From a virus (taxonomy: Duplodnaviria > Caudoviricetes), in the IMG/VR virus record IMGVR_UViG_3300011335_000596, positions 1 to 26,000 of that record: 26,000 nt of DNA. The stretch is one strand, 5' to 3'. Shown here in pieces: positions 7,561 to 13,972 of the stretch (positions within the stretch are counted from its first letter, which is position 1; each line of letters opens with the position of its first letter). A model generated the notes under the pieces. That model was not told the DNA's origin, ran no database searches, and saw only the letters and a list, made by a program, of their open reading frames with translations. The position numbers and the translations under genes were made by a program.

Positions 7561-8089
7561 ACGCATAGCCAAGCGCGAGGATTTGCGCGACACGATAGCG
7601 CGTAACATGCGAATCCTCGGCGCTCTTGCTAAATCTGCCGGAAAGCCTGCGCCTGAATTGCAGCGGTCGCTAGTGATGAAGGCGAAGCGCACGATGGCTC
7701 CTCGCGTAGATGACGGCACATACGAGGCCACGATCCAGCGGGACATAATTGCCATGCTACGCAAGCATCCGAAAGTGTCCATCGTCGAGCGGCACAACAG
7801 CGGCACGGCAATGGAACAAGATGCGGAGGGGAACAAGCGGTTCATTGCCTACAACACCGTTTTCAAGGTCGGCGGCGTAAGGATGAGGAAGTCCGACCTC
7901 GACTGCCAACTTGTCAACGGTAAGCGCTTGTGCATCGAAGTGAAGCGCACAGGCTGGACGCAACCGCGCAATCAGCGCGAGATTGAGCAGGAAAATTATA
8001 TAAAACACGTTCTCGCAAGCACGGCGTATGCGATGTTTGCAAGCAGCGTGGCCCAAGTCGAAGAATATTTAGAGGGGGTAAAAGTCTAA
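7550..8089 (+). CDS. VRR-NUC-like PD-(D/E)xK nuclease (possible junction resolvase)
   Basis: E..IQ..I...L, SDL...L..G....IEVK, and a C-terminal Q..Y...A...SV..V pattern. Confidence 0.75.
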   Translation: MAARRIAKREDLRDTIARNMRILGALAKSAGKPAPELQRSLVMKAKRTMAPRVDDGTYEATIQRDIIAMLRKHPKVSIVERHNSGTAMEQDAEGNKRFIAYNTVFKVGGVRMRKSDLDCQLVNGKRLCIEVKRTGWTQPRNQREIEQENYIKHVLASTAYAMFASSVAQVEEYLEGVKV

Positions 8090-8292
8090 TGGATGCCGAT
8101 TGGGGGAAGGAATTGGCGCAGGCTCAGGTGGAAATCAAAGGGCTGGATCGCAGTTATGCGATGCTGTACCTAGCCCGCATGGACGCTGCCGCCAACCAAG
8201 CTATCGCAACGCTCCCGCGTGAGATGCACCGCCCGTTCCTTGAATGCATGTCGATTTGCCAAACCTGCTACAAGGTGCTGCGCGATGAGTGA
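8089..8292 (+). CDS. Hypothetical protein, 67 aa
   Basis: TAATG coupling upstream. Overlaps the downstream start. Confidence 0.6.
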   Translation: MDADWGKELAQAQVEIKGLDRSYAMLYLARMDAAANQAIATLPREMHRPFLECMSICQTCYKVLRDE

Positions 8293-10336
8293 ACGGGTCG
8301 TAGTGGTGGATTGGCCGCAGATCGCCAAGCGCGGCGAGGTGCTGTTTCCCGGCGCGTTGGTGGTCTATGCCAATGGTTCCCTGCCGATGGAAGCCCTTGA
8401 AACCGACGACTGCATCATCGTCAGCACGGACGCGGAAAGGCTTACGGACTTTTGCCGCCAGGTCGTAAGCGCAAGCTGCCGCCTAGTCCGGTATTCAACG
8501 GATGACATTTCCAAGTTCACCTTGCGGGAAGAGGTGGTACAGTGGCATCAACAAGGCGGACTCACAGAATTCCGAGGCAGTTCTATACCCTCTCCGGCCC
8601 CGCAGGTTCAAAAGCCAGCCAAACCGTTTCCCCCCGGTGCGGCAAATGTGGCTCCCACCGAACCTGTCGGGGCTGGACTCGACGAGCCGCCCGAGTGGAT
8701 GGACGAGATACCCGACGACCTAGACGCGGCCCAGCGTTCAATCCGCACCGCCTCCGCGCTCAAAAAACACGCCTTTGCAGAATCCAGCGAGTATGAGTGG
8801 GTCGATCCCGCCGACTTTTGGGGCGCTCGACCGCTGGCACCGTTCCAGGCGCAGTGGATTCTCCCTACGATCCGCCCGTTCGTGTCTAACCTTTCCGCGA
8901 TGGTTGGATGCGACCCCGGTATCACTTACCTGCAAGCCTTGGCCTTTGCCTCTGGGTGCCTGACCGACGATATCCGCGTCAGGGTTCGCCCCTCGCAGGA
9001 TTGGGCCGAAGCTGCAAGGCTCTGGGCGTGCGTAGTCGGGGACTCTGGGGACGGTAAATCGCCTTCAATGAAGGGCATCATGCGCGAGGCCGGGTCGCTA
9101 TCAATGGAGGTGGCGCAGCGCAGCCGGGAGAAGCTGTCGGGCTACAAAGATGAGTTCGACCTATACGAGATGCAGCGCAAGGCGTGGCTCACGAAACGTC
9201 AAAAAGACGAGCCAGCCGGGATGCGCCCGATTGCCCCCGCGAAACCCGTTAACGAGATGCTCTATTTCAACGGGACAACGGCGGAGGGTTTGCTTGAGCA
9301 GCAGGAGGCGACAACACGCGGAGCCATGTGCTATGCGGACGAATTCCTGGCCTGGCTGATGAGCATGGATCAGTATAAATCCGGCGGAAAGGGTTCTGAC
9401 CGTCAATTCTGGCTTTCGGCATGGGACGGCGCGGAGTTTATCGGCATTCTGGTTGGTAAGCTGCGAACCATCCCGAATACCGGCGTAAGCATTATCGGCG
9501 GTTCTCAGCCCGATGCAATCCGCCGCGCCGCCGTAAAGCTGAATCTCGATTCTGATGGCTTAATGCAAAGGGTGCTGGTCTATAACTCGACCGGCCCCGC
9601 GAACGAGGAGTCGGAACAGCCCGCAGATAGGGACGCGATCAGTGGATGGCGGACGATCCTGCATACCCTGTACGCAATGAAACCTCACCTCGACCATTGC
9701 ATATTTTCGGACGAGGCCCACACCATCCGGCGCGAGGCCACGGACTGGATTACGCACATGCGCGGGATACCTCAGTTCCCCGCAGGCGCTCGGCAGTCGC
9801 TTTCTAAATGGCGGGCCTACCTGCCCCGCATTGCTCTTACGATGCACGCTATCCAATGCGCCGCAGCGGGCCGTGAGGTTATCACCGCGACCATCGGACG
9901 CGACACCGTGGCCCTTGCCTGGGAGTATATGCGCGACTGTCTATGGCCCCACATGCTGCACTTTTACTCAACGCTGGATCAATACGGCGACGAGGATAAA
10001 TCCGTGCGGACGTTCGCCGAGTTCGTGCTGGCCCGCAATATTCGGACGATCAAGCCGCACAAGTTAAATTCTGCGTGGGGAAACTACAAGCGCAGCTTAA
10101 CGATCCAGCAATGGAAGGAATTTTGGGTGCGCGTGGAGGGTGCGGGTTGGGCGCGACCAATCGGCCAGATAATCCGGTCGTCGGGCCTATCCTCGGAATA
10201 TGAAATAAATCCTCGCGCCTTCGACGGGCGCTTTGAGGATCAGATTATATCGGCGCAGGTAGCCGTGGAAAAGTATCGTGCGGCGCAGCATCCTGAGTTC
10301 CTGAAGCGTCAGGGCCGCGAACCTGGGGAGGAATAA
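8285..10336 (+). CDS. Replication protein with a DUF3987/YfjI-like P-loop helicase domain
   Basis: Walker A VVGDSGDGKSP, T.EGL, Walker B CYADE, D..FWLSAWDG, SIIGGSQP, DGL.QR. Start MSERVV. Confidence 0.85.
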   Translation: MSERVVVVDWPQIAKRGEVLFPGALVVYANGSLPMEALETDDCIIVSTDAERLTDFCRQVVSASCRLVRYSTDDISKFTLREEVVQWHQQGGLTEFRGSSIPSPAPQVQKPAKPFPPGAANVAPTEPVGAGLDEPPEWMDEIPDDLDAAQRSIRTASALKKHAFAESSEYEWVDPADFWGARPLAPFQAQWILPTIRPFVSNLSAMVGCDPGITYLQALAFASGCLTDDIRVRVRPSQDWAEAARLWACVVGDSGDGKSPSMKGIMREAGSLSMEVAQRSREKLSGYKDEFDLYEMQRKAWLTKRQKDEPAGMRPIAPAKPVNEMLYFNGTTAEGLLEQQEATTRGAMCYADEFLAWLMSMDQYKSGGKGSDRQFWLSAWDGAEFIGILVGKLRTIPNTGVSIIGGSQPDAIRRAAVKLNLDSDGLMQRVLVYNSTGPANEESEQPADRDAISGWRTILHTLYAMKPHLDHCIFSDEAHTIRREATDWITHMRGIPQFPAGARQSLSKWRAYLPRIALTMHAIQCAAAGREVITATIGRDTVALAWEYMRDCLWPHMLHFYSTLDQYGDEDKSVRTFAEFVLARNIRTIKPHKLNSAWGNYKRSLTIQQWKEFWVRVEGAGWARPIGQIIRSSGLSSEYEINPRAFDGRFEDQIISAQVAVEKYRAAQHPEFLKRQGREPGEE

Positions 10337-10451
10337 AAGCCCGCCGAATGCCCAGCGACACGTTTCCGTCCCCTCGGCGTTTGGCCTCCGCGATTGTATA
10401 GTCGTCCAGCGTCAGGCATAGGCGCTTCATTCTCTGTTTGGGTTCGTTCAT
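10245..10451 (-). CDS. Small ribbon-helix-helix-like DNA-binding protein
   Basis: KRLCLTLDDYTIAEAKRRGDGNVSLGIRRA has an RHH-like pattern. ATGA coupling. Its tail overlaps the helicase 3' end. Confidence 0.65.
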   Translation of the reverse strand: MNEPKQRMKRLCLTLDDYTIAEAKRRGDGNVSLGIRRAFIPPQVRGPDASGTQDAAPHDTFPRLPAPI

Positions 10452-10744
10452 TTCGGCCCCCCGAAACCGTCCAATTCCCGCCGCTCACTTGCAACGCGGC
10501 GGCGCAGTTCCCGCCGGATCACGCTGGGGAGTGTGTCCGGCGTAGCCATCAGCGTATTGCCGCCTCCGTACAATTTTTCGCAGACCTGCGGATACCGGCC
10601 CGCGCTGTCGCGGATTCGGACGTACCCAGGTTGGCCGCTGGATGTGTGCGGCGCAAAATAAGTTCGGCTGGTTCGTTCCCCTGTAAACGGGTCGTCGCGT
10701 TGCACGGTTACGTCATTTAATACAACGGTGATTTTCGTTTTCAT
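10448..10744 (-). CDS. Hypothetical early protein
   Basis: GAGG RBS before MKTKITVV. Coupled to the downstream gene. Confidence 0.7.
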   Translation of the reverse strand: MKTKITVVLNDVTVQRDDPFTGERTSRTYFAPHTSSGQPGYVRIRDSAGRYPQVCEKLYGGGNTLMATPDTLPSVIRRELRRRVASERRELDGFGGPK

Positions 10745-10752
10745 TTTCTGCC

Positions 10753-10812
10753 TCACAGGTCAAATACGATAACTAACAGCGCCAAGCACAGGAACACGCC
10801 CAGCGCGATCAT
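10753..10812 (-). CDS. 19-aa hydrophobic micro-peptide (MIALGVFLCLALLVIVFDL)
   Basis: ATGA overlap with the upstream stop. Fills the intergenic gap. Confidence 0.4.
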   Translation of the reverse strand: MIALGVFLCLALLVIVFDL

Positions 10813-11327
10813 TTTCCGGCCCCTAGTGCTGCGCGGGCCTTAAACAAATCGAAAGCCGCTAGTGTGTTGCATGAGTTCGCCCCTATGCGAACCTCGGCAA
10901 TGGAAGCATTAGCAATAATCGCCGCTTCAACTTCCGCCGCCGTCATTGCCCCGCGATAGGCGTGCTGCACTTCGACATAACGCACGGCCTGCGCCAGCGC
11001 CTCCCTCAGCCGCTCTACCTCTGCGCTAAGACTATCCACCTGCCCCGCTAGGCGCGGGATTTCCGTGGCCGCAAAAGCCGCCTCTTTTTCTTTCATTCCA
11101 ATCCACACCTCCGGATCGGCCATGCCCTCGCAGGCATTCACGCAGGCGACGATGCGGGCGGCGTTGGCGAGTTCGCCAGCTTTGGTCATTTCCTTCGCGC
11201 TATCGCATTGCGCGATGATTTCTAGCCCGTTGTTGGCGTAGATGCGCGGCGGATTCGCGCCCTCTACGTACCACGCTCCCGGCGTGTGCTGCGCGCTCAT
11301 GCTTCCATTCTTTGCGGTCGTCGTCAT
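10809..11327 (-). CDS. Phage early protein with HTPGPW-type N-terminal domain
   Basis: QHTPGAW...ANAARIVACVNACEG...EALA...ARAAL pattern, widespread in phage early genes. Confidence 0.8.
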   Translation of the reverse strand: MTTTAKNGSMSAQHTPGAWYVEGANPPRIYANNGLEIIAQCDSAKEMTKAGELANAARIVACVNACEGMADPEVWIGMKEKEAAFAATEIPRLAGQVDSLSAEVERLREALAQAVRYVEVQHAYRGAMTAAEVEAAIIANASIAEVRIGANSCNTLAAFDLFKARAALGAGK

Positions 11328-11340
11328 TTTGTGCCCCTAG

Positions 11341-12090
11341 TTAAGCTGCTAATGCGATGTGGAAAATTTTACGGCCCGCGTCTACAACAAAGCCGGACGT
11401 ATCCTTTCGTGCCTTTCCTTTTGCGTACAGTGCGACGACGACACCTTGCGGATCGATGTGACGGATATCCGAATCGTCACCATCCACAGTATCCAAGCCG
11501 ATGAACGTGGCCGGAATCGATTCACGCGTGCGGAATACCACGGCTATCCGCAAGCCTGCCTGTTTGGCGATCGTTACCTGCGATGCAAACCCTGGCAGGC
11601 CAGAGTATGAAAACGTCAAATCGTAATTGCTGGGAATGCCTTTCCTGTTCGCCAGTTTGGTGTAATCGTAAAATTGAACGTCAGGAAATGCGTACATAAC
11701 ATTCTGGTACGTCACATTGCCGATTGTCACAGGCACGGATTCCCATCGGATATCGGACGTGCCGTTAAGACGGACAAGCGGAATCATTTTAAGTTTGCTG
11801 GCTTTGCGTACCAGTGCCTGGATGCTGAAAACGATATCGGCCATGAAAACGGCACGCTCTGCAAAATACCGGCGAGTTTTCGCGATTCGTGCCGATTGCA
11901 CGCTATTGAATGCGCCACGTCCTGCGGAATTGAGGCAGGCATTCACACACCCGGCTTTGCGCGCCATCGGGCAAACTTGCTGCCCCGACAAGCTATCCGG
12001 CGCAAGGTAAAGCACACCTGTTAAATATCCGTACTTTTCACCCTTAACTGTTTTGGCATTGGTTCCGACGCTAAACACATTGCGATGCAT
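11341..12090 (-). CDS. Conserved Cys-motif phage protein (GP88-like)
   Basis: N.K..K, LAP...SG..VCP.A...GC...CL...GRG, VRLNGTSDIRWE, FYDYTK, DGD.SD.R..D. Family name recalled from memory and not verified. Confidence 0.7.
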   Translation of the reverse strand: MHRNVFSVGTNAKTVKGEKYGYLTGVLYLAPDSLSGQQVCPMARKAGCVNACLNSAGRGAFNSVQSARIAKTRRYFAERAVFMADIVFSIQALVRKASKLKMIPLVRLNGTSDIRWESVPVTIGNVTYQNVMYAFPDVQFYDYTKLANRKGIPSNYDLTFSYSGLPGFASQVTIAKQAGLRIAVVFRTRESIPATFIGLDTVDGDDSDIRHIDPQGVVVALYAKGKARKDTSGFVVDAGRKIFHIALAA

Positions 12091-12118
12091 AAATCCCCCT
12101 ATCTATTGCGTTACAGGC

Positions 12119-12168
12119 TGAAAAGCACCTGAGGATGCACCCCGAAAGGCGCATACCCCGATACTTTC
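12119..12168 (-). other. Long intergenic RNA hairpin (possible RNase III / processing site)
   Basis: Minus strand: AAAGUAUC-GGGGUAUGCGCCU-UUCG-GGGUGCAUCCUC-A-GGUGCUUU. About 20 bp with several G-U pairs that form only on the minus (sense) strand. Confidence 0.6.
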
Positions 12169-12401
12169 TAGCCGTTCGCTATTGCCGCATAAGCTAGGTC
12201 GAAAGCGTGTTCGGCAGCGCGGTACACATCCTGTGCCGCCATAAATTCGGCATCGCCGATTGTGCGTGCGCGGTATGCTTTTACAGCTACTTGATACACT
12301 TTCAATGCCGCATTAGATGTGTCTAATGCCGCTTGATAAGCGATATCCTCGGCGATTGCCTGGGTCGTGGCTGCCATCATGTCGCGGTTTGCTGTAGTCA
12401 T
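12168..12401 (-). CDS. Ala-rich helical hypothetical protein, first gene of the second leftward operon
   Basis: AGGGG RBS. 77 aa. Lies directly downstream of the sigma-54-like promoter. Confidence 0.75.
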   Translation of the reverse strand: MTTANRDMMAATTQAIAEDIAYQAALDTSNAALKVYQVAVKAYRARTIGDAEFMAAQDVYRAAEHAFDLAYAAIANG

Positions 12402-12449
12402 TTTGTCGCCCCTGTTTCGTTAGTTAGTCGATTCCTGCGCCTATCTATA

Positions 12450-12465
12450 TGCATAACCCGTGCCA
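12450..12465 (-). promoter_or_regulatory. Sigma-54 (RpoN) -24/-12 promoter
   Basis: Minus strand TGGCACGGGTTATGCA versus consensus TGGCACG-N4-TTGCW: one mismatch, exact GG-N10-GC spacing, correctly oriented ~50 bp before the ATG at 12401. Confidence 0.75.
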
Positions 12466-12492
12466 AGTCTATGCATGTACGTTTATCCAATG

Positions 12493-12505
12493 AATCAATG
12501 ATATG
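12493..12505 (+). promoter_or_regulatory. IHF-like site
   Basis: AATCAATGATATG versus WATCAANNNNTTR (one mismatch). Lies between the sigma-54 box and the upstream repeats. Confidence 0.5.
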
Positions 12506-12527
12506 CATAAATCGCCCAGAATCCACC

Positions 12528-12583
12528 TGTCGGCATTCCGTCAGAATCTGTCGGCATATCGTCAATGTGTCGGAATATCGGCA
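12528..12583. repeat. Three 16-bp pseudo-palindromic repeats (enhancer/UAS-like)
   Basis: TGTCGGCATTCCGTCA (12528), TGTCGGCATATCGTCA (12549), TGTCGGAATATCGGCA (12568). Confidence 0.8.
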
Positions 12584-12786
12584 TATAGTCGGAGCGATTC
12601 ATTGGATCGCATTGCGACACATTGTCACGGTCAAAACCTTGTAATCCATTGCACGCGCCCAGGAGGGGAAATTCTTTTTAGATGATTTATATGCATAAAA
12701 TTCTTTCCTTTCTCTTAACTTTCCTTTTAGACGATTCTGGCAATGCTTCACAATGCATGCGGGAACATTGTGAAACCGCCTAAATC

Positions 12787-12849
12787 CGCAATGGCCGATA
12801 GTCGCAATGAACCGCAATGCTGCCGCATGTGTCGCAATGGATCGGCATG
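12787..12849. repeat. Array of CGCAATG heptamers with ~10-bp phasing
   Basis: Exact copies at 12787, 12803, 12813 and 12833. Degenerate copies at ~12824 and ~12844. Confidence 0.75.
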
Positions 12850-13004
12850 GCGCAGCGCCTGGAGCGTGTCGCAAGCCAGCAACAAGCTGCCGAAAAGAGG
12901 CCGAACGAAAGTGTAGGCTATTGATACGCAAGGCTAATCGCTCCCATGCATCATAGGGGCGCGTCCCATTTCGGCACGGATTGCAGGCGGTTCGGGCGGT
13001 CGTT

Positions 13005-13030
13005 CGTGGTCAGGCGTGGTCAGGCGTGGT
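13005..13030. repeat. Short tandem repeat (CGTGGTCAGG) x2.6
   Basis: CGTGGTCAGG CGTGGTCAGG CGTGGT read directly from the sequence. Confidence 0.8.
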
Positions 13031-13292
13031 GGATGCTGGCTTGTCGGTCGGTTCTGGCAGGGCCGGGGGAGCAGGGGCCCGCGCCGACCGTGTGCAGGTC
13101 TGGGACTCCCCCTCATACCTTTCGCAAATTTTGGCGCGCAAAAAAATTTAGCATTTGCCCCTCCTCCAAAATGCCCAAGGATTGGCGAGAAGGCGTGCTG
13201 CTTGCGTTTTCTGGATGCGGGTTAGGGGATGGTGCGCAAAGGAGGCAAATACCGCGCTACAGGGCTTCTGGGCGGTTTTGTGCGGTAGGCGG

Positions 13293-13321
13293 TTGCGGTT
13301 AGGAAGATTCGGGCGTATAAC
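13293..13321 (+). promoter_or_regulatory. Putative sigma-70-like promoter of terS
   Basis: TTGCGG-N17-TATAAC, ending 6 nt before the ATG at 13328. Confidence 0.5.
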
Positions 13322-13327
13322 GGGCGC

Positions 13328-13972
13328 ATGGGGATACGGAGCCGGATGACGCGTGACTCGCTTACTCGGGTGGACGAGGGCGAGTTGGAGGCGTTTTTTG
13401 ATGATGTGGTGGAGGTTGGGTTGGTGAAGGCGTGTGAGGCGCGGATCTGGACGTTGGGGGCGGTGTTGAATTGGTTGCGGGCATCGGATGATCGGTGGGG
13501 CGGGTACCAGGATGCGTTGAAAGCGCGGGCAGAGGTTCGGTTCCACGAAGGGGGGGAAATTGTGGATCGGGCGGGGCCTGACGATGTTGCGGTGGCGAAG
13601 CTGCGAAGTGCGTGGCGGCGGGACGAGGCGAAGGTGTGGAGCCGGGAGCAGTATGGCGACCGGGTAGCAATTGAGAAGTCGGCGGCGTTCGGGGCCGATG
13701 CGGGATTGATTGGGCTGGCCGGTGCGTTGCTGGCGAGGTTGGCCGCGCCGGTTGCCCCTGAGAAGATTATTGGCGGCGAGGTTGTTGAGGCGGATGACCC
13801 CGTTGAAGCGGAAATCGTTGCACAGCGAGAGTCTGAAAGCGAAGTTAGCGAAGCCGGGGAGGTGGTGCGAGAGTCCGCGCCCAGCGGAACGCGTGAGCAG
13901 CACGGGTATCCCCCTCCCGATAATCCTCCCCGGCGGGCGCTGCACGAACCGAGTAGTCTCGGGCCGATATGA
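13328..13972 (+). CDS. terS: Terminase small subunit
   Basis: Directly upstream of TerL with an ATGA overlap. HTH-like N-terminus, Y..A..AR, AKLR...R...A.....EQYGD motif of TerS, disordered acidic tail. Confidence 0.8.
   Translation: MGIRSRMTRDSLTRVDEGELEAFFDDVVEVGLVKACEARIWTLGAVLNWLRASDDRWGGYQDALKARAEVRFHEGGEIVDRAGPDDVAVAKLRSAWRRDEAKVWSREQYGDRVAIEKSAAFGADAGLIGLAGALLARLAAPVAPEKIIGGEVVEADDPVEAEIVAQRESESEVSEAGEVVRESAPSGTREQHGYPPPDNPPRRALHEPSSLGPI

Noticed and set aside
12528-12849. CRISPR array or mini-array
   Set aside because: The repeats are 7-16 bp, degenerate and separated by only a few bases, with no spacer-sized unique sequences and no cas genes.
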